Assembly: GCA_011053095.1 (NCBI GenBank)
Contig: DRHS01000058.1
Coordinates: 3,826 to 67,825 of the forward strand
Source: Bacteroides sp.
GTDB lineage: Bacteria > Bacteroidota > Bacteroidia > Bacteroidales > SM23-62
Direction of reading: 5' to 3'
DNA: 64,000 nt
In this document: piece after piece, positions 19,650 through 29,485 of the stretch
How positions within the stretch are numbered: the first letter of the stretch is position 1
Layout: the number at the start of each line of letters is the position of its first letter
Program-made: the position numbers and the translations under genes
Notes under the pieces: generated by a model
Told to the model about the DNA's origin: nothing
Seen by the model: only the letters and a program-made list of their open reading frames with translations
The model's database searches: none

Positions 19650-22078
19650 TGGATTTTCGGGTATTTTTGAGGATTGGATTCATGCATCATATCGTACAAC
19701 TTCTCAAAAACATCCTCTGCATTGGGATTTGAAAAATAGTCCCCGTCCGTTCCATAGGCCGGCCGGTGATCTCTGCCGGTAATGGTGACGGGAGCTGAAT
19801 CAAGATGCTTATAAGTCCCCTGCTCCTCCAGTACCTTCTGCAACATATAAGCAGTAGCTCCACCGGGAACATCCTCGTCGAAAAATACCATTCTCCCTGT
19901 CTTCTCCACAGACTGTTGGATTAAATGTGGAAGATCAAAGGGTATCAGCGTCTGTACATCAATCAGTTCCACTTGAATATCAAAATCACGTAATTGTTCT
20001 GCAGCTTCTCTTGCTATTCTGACGCAAGAACCGTAGGTTACAAGTGTGATATCACGTCCGTAAATGATAATCTCAGGAATACCAAGTGGTATCCGGAACT
20101 CTCCGGTGTTTGAGGGCATTTTCTCTTTCAGGCGATATCCGTTCAGGGGTTCGATTACCAGTGCAGGATCTTCTCCTTCCATAAGTGTATTATACATGCC
20201 GGCAGCTCTTGTCATATCACGGGGAACACAGACAAATACACCGCGGATAGAATTAATGACCATGCTAAGAGGTGATCCTGAATGCCAGATACCTTCCAGG
20301 CGGTGACCTCTGGTGCGTATAATAAGCGGAGCAGACTGTATACCTTTGGTCCGATAATGCAATGTAGCAAGGTCATCACTTATAGTTTGAAGTCCGTAAA
20401 GAAGATAATCGAAATATTGGATCTCGGCGATGGGTCTGAGTCCCCTCATCGCCATGCCTATCCCCTGGCCTATTATGGTTGCTTCCCTGACACCTGTATC
20501 TGTTATTCGTAACTCCCCGTATTTTTCCTGGAGTCCCTCAAGGCTCTGGTTAACTCCTCCAATCCTTCCTGTGTCCTCCCCAAATGTTACCAGTAAGGGA
20601 TATTTGGCAAATAAGCTGTCAAAATTTTCCCTCAAAACAATCCTTCCGGCTACTTCCTCCGCATCCTCATGAAATTCAGGTGGAACAGACTCCACTTTAA
20701 GTGCTGATCGGTCTGTTTCGTTATACAGATTTGTACTGTAATTATCCCAGGCCTCCTCATAATATTTGCCAAGCCAGATATTAACTTCTTTTTGCAGTAC
20801 CTTTCGTGAGGTACAATCCAGGCATATATGTCGTAGAATTTTTTTCGCTGTTGAGAAATTATCCCGGCGGATAGGATTACGAACCTGCTGAAGATTTTTG
20901 CGAAGCAGGCTTATCTTATCAATATCGTCGCTTACACATTTGCAGCTTTTATTTCTCAGGACTTCAATAAGTTCTTCTCTCTCGTTCCGGATAGTATTAC
21001 TATAATTGCTCCATGCTTCATCCCTGGCCTGACGGGCTTCTTTCTCAGCGTCAATCTCGATACTGTCAAGCACTTCCTCTTTCGAAAGGCCATTTTTCAG
21101 AATCCATTCCCGCATCTTTTTCAGTGGATCGAATTCTTTCTCCCAGTCCAGTCGATCCCGGGACTTATATCTTTCATGAGATCCGGAGGTTGAATGGCCC
21201 AGTGGTTGGTTCATCTCATCAATATGAAAAAGAACAGGTACATGTTCCTTTCTGCATTTTGATATGCCTTCCTGAAATATTTTACAAAGTTCCGGATAAT
21301 CCCATCCCCTGGCCTTATAGATCAGGATGCCACTATCACTGTTCTGGCGCTCAAATCCCTTTAAAGCTTCAGAAATGCTTTGTTTTATTGTCTGATATTC
21401 CTTTGTAACGGAAATCCCGTATCCATCGTCCCATACAGCAACGGCCATGGGTATCTGAAGTACTCCGGCAGCATTCATTGTCTCAAAGAAATGACCTTCG
21501 GATGTACTGGCATCCCCGATCATTCCAAATGCCACTTCACTTCCATCGCTACTAAAATTATCGTATTCCCGAAGTTCTGGATTTTCCCGAAATAACCTGG
21601 ATGCGTAAGCAAGTCCCACAAGCCTGGGCATCTGTGCGGCAGTCGGTGAAAGGTCTGCTGCAGTATTCTTTTGCCCGGCAAGGTTTTTCCAGGAGCCGTC
21701 GCGGTTTATATTAGCAGTTGCGTAGTGATTATTAAAGGATCTTCCTGCATTTCCGGGATTTATTTTTTCGTCGATATCGCCGTAGATCTGGGCGAAGAAT
21801 GAAGTGGGACTAACAATCCCGGCAGCCATAAGGAAGGTCTGGTCACGATAGTAGCCTGAACGCCAGTCTCCATTTCTGAATTGTTTCGCCATTGCTATCT
21901 GGGCAATTTCCTTCCCATCGCCAAAAATTCCAAACTTTGCCTTCCCGGTCAGAACCTCTGATCTTGCAAGCACACTGCAATTCCGGCTTATATTTGCGAG
22001 GCGGTAATCATCCAGAACTTCCCGGCTGAAAACCTCAAATAAGATCCTATCCTTGCTCTCCTCAACCATAATATTCAT
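19646..22078 (-). CDS. Fused alpha/beta E1 component of a 2-oxo acid (branched-chain-type) dehydrogenase, TPP-dependent
   Basis: 810 aa. The N-terminal half carries the TPP motif GDASTSEG...WDDGYGIS. The C-terminal half is an E1-beta transketolase-like pyrimidine-binding and C-terminal domain (DTGVREATIIGQGIGMA, ...VFFDEDVPGG). Confidence 0.85.
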   Translation of the reverse strand: MNIMVEESKDRILFEVFSREVLDDYRLANISRNCSVLARSEVLTGKAKFGIFGDGKEIAQIAMAKQFRNGDWRSGYYRDQTFLMAAGIVSPTSFFAQIYGDIDEKINPGNAGRSFNNHYATANINRDGSWKNLAGQKNTAADLSPTAAQMPRLVGLAYASRLFRENPELREYDNFSSDGSEVAFGMIGDASTSEGHFFETMNAAGVLQIPMAVAVWDDGYGISVTKEYQTIKQSISEALKGFERQNSDSGILIYKARGWDYPELCKIFQEGISKCRKEHVPVLFHIDEMNQPLGHSTSGSHERYKSRDRLDWEKEFDPLKKMREWILKNGLSKEEVLDSIEIDAEKEARQARDEAWSNYSNTIRNEREELIEVLRNKSCKCVSDDIDKISLLRKNLQQVRNPIRRDNFSTAKKILRHICLDCTSRKVLQKEVNIWLGKYYEEAWDNYSTNLYNETDRSALKVESVPPEFHEDAEEVAGRIVLRENFDSLFAKYPLLVTFGEDTGRIGGVNQSLEGLQEKYGELRITDTGVREATIIGQGIGMAMRGLRPIAEIQYFDYLLYGLQTISDDLATLHYRTKGIQSAPLIIRTRGHRLEGIWHSGSPLSMVINSIRGVFVCVPRDMTRAAGMYNTLMEGEDPALVIEPLNGYRLKEKMPSNTGEFRIPLGIPEIIIYGRDITLVTYGSCVRIAREAAEQLRDFDIQVELIDVQTLIPFDLPHLIQQSVEKTGRMVFFDEDVPGGATAYMLQKVLEEQGTYKHLDSAPVTITGRDHRPAYGTDGDYFSNPNAEDVFEKLYDMMHESNPQKYPKIH

Positions 22079-22181
22079 TAAGACTGCTAATCTATAAATT
22101 TAATGAGAATTATTCTAAATAACGATTCTTAAACATCTTTACAGTTAAAATTATTTCCTATTAATATGTTATCTTTGGGCC

Positions 22182-22400
22182 ATGATTCTGAAAGTACTGA
22201 TATTGTCCTCCATATTGTTGGGGCTTGCTTTTGTGGGACTGGCATTCCGGGTTCTTTTTGTACGTGACGGAAGGTTTCCGCAAATCTCAATCGGGAAGAA
22301 CAAGGAAATGGCCAGGCTTGGCATTTCCTGTGTAAAGCATGATGAATATAAATGCTGGAAACAGGGTGGTACTGACGGACCCGGATGCGGCTGCTCATAG
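22182..22400 (+). CDS. Small single-TM, four-cysteine protein (possible NqrM-like maturation factor; function unproven)
   Basis: 72 aa. Hydrophobic helix ILKVLILSSILLGLAFVGLAF, then a soluble tail with exactly four Cys (ISC, YKC, GCGC). It is convergent with apbE, 30 nt from its stop. The overlapping minus-strand ORF 22129-22398 looks non-protein-like. Confidence 0.5.
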   Translation: MILKVLILSSILLGLAFVGLAFRVLFVRDGRFPQISIGKNKEMARLGISCVKHDEYKCWKQGGTDGPGCGCS

Positions 22401-22430
22401 TCAGAGATGAATTTCCTTAAAGCTCAAAAC

Positions 22431-23453
22431 TTAGTCTTTACCTTTTACCAGAAGCATTTTCATCCCCTCTGTATACCAGATGCTGTATTGACCCTGATCA
22501 TCATTGTAGATAAGGTAGGCATCCATATCTGTCTGTCCCTGAAGAAACTCCATGCTTCTTTCAATCCCCATCACCATTAACGCTGTTGCGTAAGCATCGG
22601 CCCTCATACAATCATCTGCCAGGACAGTCGTACTCAGGAGTCCATGCTGAACAGGGAAACCCGTTACGGGATTTATAGTATGGGAATATTTCATTCCGTC
22701 TTTCTCATAAAACCGGCGATAGTTGCCTGATGTTGCCAGGGAACGGTCACTAATCTCTACAATTGCCTGCATATCCACACCCGGCATCTGCAATCCGTCT
22801 ATAGGCCTGTCAATCCCAACCTTCCAGCCTGTCCCCCTCGAGTTCTGTCCCCTGGTCCTCAGTTCCCCCCCGATCTCAACCAGATAATTCCTCAGTCCCT
22901 CGTTCTCCAGAAAATCAGACAGTACATCCACTGCATATCCCTGGGCAATGGCATTCATATCCAGCATTACACCTTCCTTTTCCTTCCTGATTATACCCCC
23001 GGCTATACTGACCTTTTCCATCCCTACATATTCAAGCAAACTTTCGATCAATGCTGAATCAACTTCTGCAGCCTCCGTAAAGCCAAATCCCCAGGCATTA
23101 ACGACAGGAGCCACGGTAATATCAAATGCCCCGCCGGTTGCTCTGAAAACCTCATCCGCACAGGTAAAACAAGTTTCGAAGTATTTATCCGGACTGAGTT
23201 CAGTCTCGTCCTGGTTAAAACGTGAAATCAGGGAAGTGTCAATGTAGGTTGACAGGGAGAGATCAAATCCCGCAAGAATCTGTTCAATTTCAGCCTGGTA
23301 ATTACTACTGTCACCGGTCTGATAGGTAATGTTGTAGGTAGTGCCCTGTGTAAATCCGCTGAGTTTCATCCATACACCGGACTCCTTCTCCTGGCAGGCA
23401 TTATGAAACAATACCGGCAGCAGGATGGCGGTCCACAAAACAATTTTTCTCAT
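22431..23453 (-). CDS. apbE: FAD:protein FMN transferase (ApbE)
   Basis: 340 aa with a signal/lipoprotein-like N-terminus. FDITVAPV.NAWGFG, DMNAIAQGYAVD, SLATSGNYRRF, HTINP.TG and ADAYATA motifs. It lies immediately downstream of nqrF. Confidence 0.9.
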   Translation of the reverse strand: MRKIVLWTAILLPVLFHNACQEKESGVWMKLSGFTQGTTYNITYQTGDSSNYQAEIEQILAGFDLSLSTYIDTSLISRFNQDETELSPDKYFETCFTCADEVFRATGGAFDITVAPVVNAWGFGFTEAAEVDSALIESLLEYVGMEKVSIAGGIIRKEKEGVMLDMNAIAQGYAVDVLSDFLENEGLRNYLVEIGGELRTRGQNSRGTGWKVGIDRPIDGLQMPGVDMQAIVEISDRSLATSGNYRRFYEKDGMKYSHTINPVTGFPVQHGLLSTTVLADDCMRADAYATALMVMGIERSMEFLQGQTDMDAYLIYNDDQGQYSIWYTEGMKMLLVKGKD

Positions 23454-23464
23454 GGTGTTAAGGT

Positions 23465-24718
23465 TTATCCTCCGAAGTCGTCGAATTCGATCATCTCGTC
23501 CGGAACACCAAGGTCATACAGCATTTTGAGAACGGCATCGTTCATCATCGGGGGACCGCAGAGGTAATATTCAATTTCTTCAGGCTCCTCCAGCTTACTA
23601 AGCAGATCATCGTACAAAACCTGGTGTATGAATCCTGTCTTTCCTTTCCAGTTATCCTCTGGCACAGGTTCTGACAATGCAATATTGAAATTAAAATTCG
23701 GGAATTTCTTTTCAATTTCACGGAACTCATTCTCATAAAAAATTTCCCGGCTGGAACGAGCTCCATACCAGTAGGATACGTTTCTGTCCGTTCCTTCTGT
23801 ATGAAACATATGGAAGATATGAGATCTCAAGGGAGCCATACCGGCACCCCCGCCAATGTACACCATATCCCTTTTGGTCTCTTTAATATGGAATTCCCCA
23901 TAAGGGCCGGAAACTATTACCTTGTCGCCTGGTTTTCTTGAAAAGATGTAGGATGAACATATCCCCGGATTCACTTTCATAAATCCGCCTCTCGACTTAT
24001 CCCAGGGAGGTGTGGCAATCCGTATATTGAGCATAACAATATTCCCTTCTGCAGGGTGGTTTGCCATGGAGTAGGCGCGATAGGTCTCTTCCGGGTTCTT
24101 CATTTTCAAATCCCACATATTGAACTTATCCCATTCATCCCTGTATTGTTCTTCCACATCGAAATCTTTGAAGTCGACCTCAATTTTAGGCACATCGATC
24201 TGCACGTATCCTCCTGAAAGAAAATCGAGTGATTCACCCTCGGGTAATTTGACAACGAACTCCTTAATGAAGGTTGCTACATTATTGTTTGAAACAACTT
24301 CACATTCCCATTTCTTGATACCAAGAATGGATTCGGGTATCTTAATTTTCATATCACCCCGGATCTTAACCTGGCAGCCCAGCCGCCAGTTATCCTGTTG
24401 TTCTTTCCGGGTAAAAAATCCTTTCTCGGTTTGAAGGATGGAACCTCCACCTTCAATCACCTGGGCCTTGCACATTGCACAGGTTCCACCTCCTCCGCAG
24501 GCTGAAGGAAGAAATATATCCTGATTGCTCAGGGTATTCAGGAGAGTCTCTCCCGGATTTACGATAAGATCTTTATCATTAACCTGCAGGCTGACCTCCC
24601 CCTGGGGTGTCAGCTTGGCTCTTGCATAGAGAAGCATAACAACCAGTGACATTATGATCACCAGGAAAATGGTGATGCTTATAAGTATGATCCCGATTTG
24701 TGAAACTAATAGCAGCAT
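23465..24718 (-). CDS. nqrF: Na+-translocating NADH:quinone reductase subunit F
   Basis: N-terminal TM helix, 2Fe-2S ferredoxin motif CGGGGTCAMC, FAD motif RAYSMAN, and NADH-binding GGGAGMAP. Confidence 0.95.
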   Translation of the reverse strand: MLLLVSQIGIILISITIFLVIIMSLVVMLLYARAKLTPQGEVSLQVNDKDLIVNPGETLLNTLSNQDIFLPSACGGGGTCAMCKAQVIEGGGSILQTEKGFFTRKEQQDNWRLGCQVKIRGDMKIKIPESILGIKKWECEVVSNNNVATFIKEFVVKLPEGESLDFLSGGYVQIDVPKIEVDFKDFDVEEQYRDEWDKFNMWDLKMKNPEETYRAYSMANHPAEGNIVMLNIRIATPPWDKSRGGFMKVNPGICSSYIFSRKPGDKVIVSGPYGEFHIKETKRDMVYIGGGAGMAPLRSHIFHMFHTEGTDRNVSYWYGARSSREIFYENEFREIEKKFPNFNFNIALSEPVPEDNWKGKTGFIHQVLYDDLLSKLEEPEEIEYYLCGPPMMNDAVLKMLYDLGVPDEMIEFDDFGG

Positions 24719-24731
24719 TTCGATAGACGTT

Positions 24732-25349
24732 TTAAAGTTTAATGCCCATAAAGCTCATGAAAGCAATTCCCATGAGTCCGGTGATAATAAAAGTAATTCC
24801 AAGTCCCCTAAGCGGAGCAGGTACATTTGAATACTGGATTTTCTCCCGTATGGCGGCAATTCCAACAATAGCAAGGAAAAAGCCTACTCCCGAACCCAGT
24901 CCGAAAACCGTTGCCTCACCGATATTGACGTATTCCCTCTCCTGCATAAACAGTGAGCCCCCAAGAATTGCACAGTTTACCGCAATAAGAGGAAGGAAGA
25001 TTCCCAGTGATGAATACAGGGCAGGGGCAAATTTCTCAACAATCATTTCAACAAGCTGTACCATAGAAGCAATTACGGCAATAAAGAGTATAAAGCTTAA
25101 AAAGCCAAGGTCAACATCAGCAAGCGCCGGACTCAGCCAGGACATAGCTCCGGCTTTCAGCAGGTAGTTTTCAATCAGATAATTAATTGGTACGGTAAAT
25201 CCCAGGACAAAAATGACTGCCAGTCCCAGTCCGGTGGATGTTTTTACCGTCTTCGATACAGCAAGGTATGAGCACATACCAAGGAAGTATGCGAAGACCA
25301 TGTTGTCAATAAAGATCGACTTAACGAATAGGTTTACATAGTTTTCCAT
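24732..25349 (-). CDS. nqrE: Na+-NQR subunit E
   Basis: 205-aa six-TM protein of the NqrE/RnfA family ([20 protein letters not shown]). Operon position between nqrD and nqrF. Confidence 0.93.
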   Translation of the reverse strand: MENYVNLFVKSIFIDNMVFAYFLGMCSYLAVSKTVKTSTGLGLAVIFVLGFTVPINYLIENYLLKAGAMSWLSPALADVDLGFLSFILFIAVIASMVQLVEMIVEKFAPALYSSLGIFLPLIAVNCAILGGSLFMQEREYVNIGEATVFGLGSGVGFFLAIVGIAAIREKIQYSNVPAPLRGLGITFIITGLMGIAFMSFMGIKL

Positions 25350-25363
25350 AATCCTGCTGTTTT

Positions 25364-26011
25364 CTAATTATCTTCAATTAATTCCTTGTTCCTGGAGCGC
25401 TGGACCCATATAATGATCCCAACGGTTATCAACGCCATCGGAGGCAGAATCATCATACCGTTGTTTACATACCCGACATCATACAATCCAATTTTCTCAA
25501 AAACAGGAAAACCCCAGATGGTTCCGGACCCCAGCAGCTCACGGAAAAAGGCTACGATAATCATGATGACTCCATAACCCGCTGCATTACCAATGCCATC
25601 AAGAAAGGCTGGCCAGGGTTTATTAGCAAGGGCAAAAGCCTCCAACCGGCCCATTATTATACAATTGGTTATTATGAGTCCCACGAACACTGACAGCTGC
25701 TTACTTACTTCATAGGCAAAAGCCTGCAATATTTCGTCAACCAGGATTACCATGGTTGCAATAATGGTCAGCTGTACTATAATTCTGATACGTGGTGGAA
25801 TAGTCTTCCTTAGCAGGGAGATAACTACATTTGAAACTGCCATAACTGCTATAACTGACATGGTCATTACTACTGAGTTTTCCAGTTTTACTGTTACGGC
25901 AAGTGCTGAACATATTCCAAGTACCTGGACGGTAATCGGGTTGCTATCATTCAGTGGGTCCCTGAGCAATTTCATATTTTTGCTCGAAAACAGGGGTTCT
26001 CTCTCACTCAT
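25364..26011 (-). CDS. nqrD: Na+-NQR subunit D
   Basis: 215 aa, NqrD/RnfE family ([29 protein letters not shown]). Confidence 0.93.
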   Translation of the reverse strand: MSEREPLFSSKNMKLLRDPLNDSNPITVQVLGICSALAVTVKLENSVVMTMSVIAVMAVSNVVISLLRKTIPPRIRIIVQLTIIATMVILVDEILQAFAYEVSKQLSVFVGLIITNCIIMGRLEAFALANKPWPAFLDGIGNAAGYGVIMIIVAFFRELLGSGTIWGFPVFEKIGLYDVGYVNNGMMILPPMALITVGIIIWVQRSRNKELIEDN

Positions 26012-26738
26012 GGCTTATACTTTTATTTTTGAAATACAATTCATAATTCCCAAGGCAATCATACAGCATCTCTTCGAGAGCCACGGATGTAATGGTTCCA
26101 CCTGAGATGGCGTCAACTGCATGCGGATCGTCCGGGCTTGTTCCCCCTTTCAATACCTTAATAGAGGTAAACTTTTCCCCCTCGTCAAAAATCTTTTTCC
26201 CGGAGAATTGCTCATGGAAAAAGTCTTCTGATATCTCAGCTCCAAGTCCGGGGGTTTCCTTGGCATGTGCAAAAATGGCCCCAAAAATCGTGTTCATATC
26301 CTGCTCAAAAGAAACATATCCCCAGATAGGTCCCCATAAACCTTTCCCCTGAAGGGGAATAATGACAACATCCTGACCATCAGGGGCTGTATAGATAAAG
26401 ATCGGAAGCATTCTATCTTCCGGTGCCTTTGCCAGTTCCACTTTAAGGTTAACCGTAAAGGCATCAACATCTTCATTAATTTCACCATCCATATTGATCA
26501 CAAGGCTTTTGGTGATGTTTTCGGCGTATTCTTTCTCCACATAAAGGCTTTTACTATCTACCTCACCAACCTCAGCTGCGAGTCCCACAGAACGCAGGAT
26601 ATCCAGTTTCTTCTCTACTTCCACATTTTTCTCCTGGTAGGGCCGGAGTGTTTCGGCAACAAATGTCAGAAGTGTAGCCACGATTATCACCATGACCGTG
26701 GCGAAGATGAAGATGTATGTATTGCTGTAGCTCTTCAT
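26004..26738 (-). CDS. nqrC: Na+-NQR subunit C
   Basis: 244 aa. N-terminal TM anchor, HAKETPGLGAEI, and the FMN-attachment motif ISGGTITS. Confidence 0.9.
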   Translation of the reverse strand: MKSYSNTYIFIFATVMVIIVATLLTFVAETLRPYQEKNVEVEKKLDILRSVGLAAEVGEVDSKSLYVEKEYAENITKSLVINMDGEINEDVDAFTVNLKVELAKAPEDRMLPIFIYTAPDGQDVVIIPLQGKGLWGPIWGYVSFEQDMNTIFGAIFAHAKETPGLGAEISEDFFHEQFSGKKIFDEGEKFTSIKVLKGGTSPDDPHAVDAISGGTITSVALEEMLYDCLGNYELYFKNKSISHE

Positions 26739-26741
26739 TGC

Positions 26742-27932
26742 TTATATACTGTTAGCGTTTGTACTTACTTTGGCTCTTTTTAGACGTCTCTTGATATGTG
26801 CTTCAATCACATAATGGTCAATCAGAGGTGCGAAAACATTCATCAGTAGAATGGCAAGCATAACCCCTTCCGGGAAAGCGGGGTTCAGAACCCTGATTAT
26901 AATGGCCAGCACACCGATAAGGAAACCGTAGATCCACTTACCCCTGTCAGTCTGGGAAGCGCTTACCGGATCGGTTGCCATAAAGACTGCCCCGAAGGCA
27001 AATCCACCCAGCATCAGGTGTTGCCAGAATGGGATTTCCATCAGGGCATTGCCTCCAAATAAATTCAGAAGGAGTCCCATAGCTGCACCTCCCGCAAATA
27101 CGGAAAAAATGATTTTCCAGCTACCAACTCCTGTATATATAAGGAATATCGCGCCAATTAATATGGCAATGGTGGAAGTCTCTCCGATTGAACCGGGGAT
27201 GGTCCCCATGAACATGTCCATACCGCTCATAGTATTACCGCTGGTATTCAGCAGGGGTTCATTGATGGCTGCCTGTCCCAGTGCAGTAGCACCGCTGAAA
27301 CCGTCAACAATGCCTTCTCCCTTCATCAGTCCCTTGATCCAGACAAAATCACCGGACATATAGGTTGGATACGCAAAAAACAGGAAGGCTCTTGCCGTCA
27401 GGGCAGGATTCAGGATGTTCATTCCTACACCGCCAAATACCTCCTTGCCAATAACCACAGCAAAGATGGTGGCAACCGCTACCATCCAGAGTGGCGTGTC
27501 TATGGGTAAGACCATTGGAATAAGTATACCCGAAACCAGGTAACCTTCTGCAACCTCATGATTTCGAATCTGGGCAAAAATAAATTCAGTACCCAGTCCC
27601 ACAACATAGGATACTACCAGTATCGGAAAGATCCTTAAAAAGCCAAACCAGAAATTCTCGAGCAGGGTTCTTTCAATTCCCAGAGCAAGGGAATTCTGGT
27701 ACCCGCCGTTCCACATTCCAAACATGAGTGCAGGAACCAAGGCTATAACCACAACGATCATGGTCCTTTTCATATCCATGGCGTCCCGGATATGTGATCC
27801 TTTTTTTGTAACTATATTAGGTACAAAAAGAAAAGTCTCAAAAGCCTCAAACGTGGATAGGAGGAATGGGAATTTTCCTCCTTTCTCAAAATTTGGTTTG
27901 ATCTTGTCGACAAACCTTCTAATTGAATTCAT
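26742..27932 (-). CDS. nqrB: Na+-NQR subunit B
   Basis: 396-aa polytopic protein with FMN-attachment motif FSGATALG and ATDPVS. Operon position. Confidence 0.93.
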   Translation of the reverse strand: MNSIRRFVDKIKPNFEKGGKFPFLLSTFEAFETFLFVPNIVTKKGSHIRDAMDMKRTMIVVVIALVPALMFGMWNGGYQNSLALGIERTLLENFWFGFLRIFPILVVSYVVGLGTEFIFAQIRNHEVAEGYLVSGILIPMVLPIDTPLWMVAVATIFAVVIGKEVFGGVGMNILNPALTARAFLFFAYPTYMSGDFVWIKGLMKGEGIVDGFSGATALGQAAINEPLLNTSGNTMSGMDMFMGTIPGSIGETSTIAILIGAIFLIYTGVGSWKIIFSVFAGGAAMGLLLNLFGGNALMEIPFWQHLMLGGFAFGAVFMATDPVSASQTDRGKWIYGFLIGVLAIIIRVLNPAFPEGVMLAILLMNVFAPLIDHYVIEAHIKRRLKRAKVSTNANSI

Positions 27933-27960
27933 ATTCTATGGGATGATTTTCGTTCAATTT

Positions 27961-29313
27961 TTATTCAAGTTCCTTAATCATCAGATCAAGACCCTGTCTT
28001 ACAATGGATTGAATCTCTATTTTCGATGCACATACAAATTCACAAAGAGCAAAATCATCTTCCCCAATCTCATATATGCCCAGAGCTTCCATTTTTTCAA
28101 TATCCTCAACGATGATTGCCTTTAGGAGCTGCATGGGATAAATATCCATTGGAAAGACTTTTTCGTAATCTCCTGTCAGGACAAATGGCCTCACCCCACC
28201 TTTGAGGTTGGTATCAATACGGTATTCCTTTCCTGGCATCAGCCATGTGGGATAACTATGTGACAGGCTGAATTTCTTCAGACCGGGAAGGACCCAGCCA
28301 AACATTTCATAATGGTCACCCTCGGGAATCACAGTCAACTGACTGTCGTAATATCCTAAAAATCCTATCTTATTTATCCGGCTTCCTGTAAGGGCATTCC
28401 CGCTGATATACCTCAGATTGCTCCCTTTCAAATTATCTTTAATGAGAGCCTCTATTGAGGTGCCTCCTGTAACCTTATAATACAGCGGTTTCTTGACCTC
28501 TGAACCTGTAAGGGCAATAATTTTAGTTGTATTGTATTTGCCGGTTTCAAATAGCCGGCCTATCATAATCACCTCCTGGGGATTAATATACCAGGCAACT
28601 TCTCCTTTATTGATCGGGTCAATATGGTGAATCTGTATACCCGGAACTCCTGCCGGATGCGGTCCATTAAAATAATGAATGTTCACCCCTTTGGCTCCAG
28701 TGAAAACATCTGAAGGCGGATATGCTGAATTTAATGAGAGATGGACTTCTCCCTTTGTCAGTTTTTTCAGCACATCAATCCCCCTCTGAAATGAATTGTT
28801 CTGGCCTTTTACAATAAAATCCATGTCCGGAGCCAGCGGAGCTGAATCAAATCCGGATATAAATATTGCCTTGGGTTCACTGTCCGGCCTTGCGATGACA
28901 TTATAGGGACGCTGCCTGATTGCAGGCCATAGTCCCGCATCAAGAATCTTTTGCTTTACCTCCTGAGGACTCATCGCACCAGGATCGCCAGCTTTAAAAT
29001 CAATGGATTCATTCTTTCCGTCTGACTCGACAATAACTTCCAGAATTCGTCGCCTTTCGCCTCGGTTAACGGCTTGTACCACACCACTGACAGGTGATGT
29101 GAATTTGATTTCGGGTCTGAGTTTATCAAAGAAAAGAACAGAACCAACTTTTACCTTATCATCTGCTCTGGCAGCTAGCTTGGGAGTGATCCCCGGAAAA
29201 TCGATTGGCTTGACGGCGTAGAAAGAGGAAGGTTCTGCTTGCGAAATTATTTTTTCGGCTGTTCCTTTAAGTTTGATATCAAGACCTTTTTTGATCTTAA
29301 TTACCTTGGACAT
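27961..29313 (-). CDS. nqrA: Na+-NQR subunit A
   Basis: Start moved to the ATG at 29313 (MSKVIKIKKGLDIKLKG...), the usual NqrA N-terminus. The 35 extra residues of the track ORF (to 29418) look like intergenic read-through. Confidence 0.9.
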   Translation of the reverse strand: MSKVIKIKKGLDIKLKGTAEKIISQAEPSSFYAVKPIDFPGITPKLAARADDKVKVGSVLFFDKLRPEIKFTSPVSGVVQAVNRGERRRILEVIVESDGKNESIDFKAGDPGAMSPQEVKQKILDAGLWPAIRQRPYNVIARPDSEPKAIFISGFDSAPLAPDMDFIVKGQNNSFQRGIDVLKKLTKGEVHLSLNSAYPPSDVFTGAKGVNIHYFNGPHPAGVPGIQIHHIDPINKGEVAWYINPQEVIMIGRLFETGKYNTTKIIALTGSEVKKPLYYKVTGGTSIEALIKDNLKGSNLRYISGNALTGSRINKIGFLGYYDSQLTVIPEGDHYEMFGWVLPGLKKFSLSHSYPTWLMPGKEYRIDTNLKGGVRPFVLTGDYEKVFPMDIYPMQLLKAIIVEDIEKMEALGIYEIGEDDFALCEFVCASKIEIQSIVRQGLDLMIKELE

Positions 29314-29485
29314 GGAATAATATTTGATTAGGAAATTTCGTTTGACAAAAATAGGTATTTTTAGAAATCCTGCAAGATTAGTCCGCATGAGCACAGTTCC
29401 ATATTTTCTTGCATGCAAAACTATTAATATACTGAGATATAGATGATTGTAGAGTTACTTTATACCGGGTGTTATCAAACATTAA

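Noticed and set aside
22129-22398. 89-aa minus-strand ORF overlapping the small Cys-rich ORF
   Set aside because: Its translation (MSSRIRVRQYHPVSS...) has no hydrophobic core or motif and looks like antisense noise. The plus-strand ORF has a clean TM helix and Cys pattern, so I kept that one.
29314-29418. 35-codon N-terminal extension of nqrA in the ORF track
   Set aside because: The NqrA-like sequence begins at MSKVIKIKKGLDI (ATG 29313). The extension (MHARKYGTVLMRTNLAGFLKIPIFVKRNF...) looks like translated AT-rich intergenic DNA.
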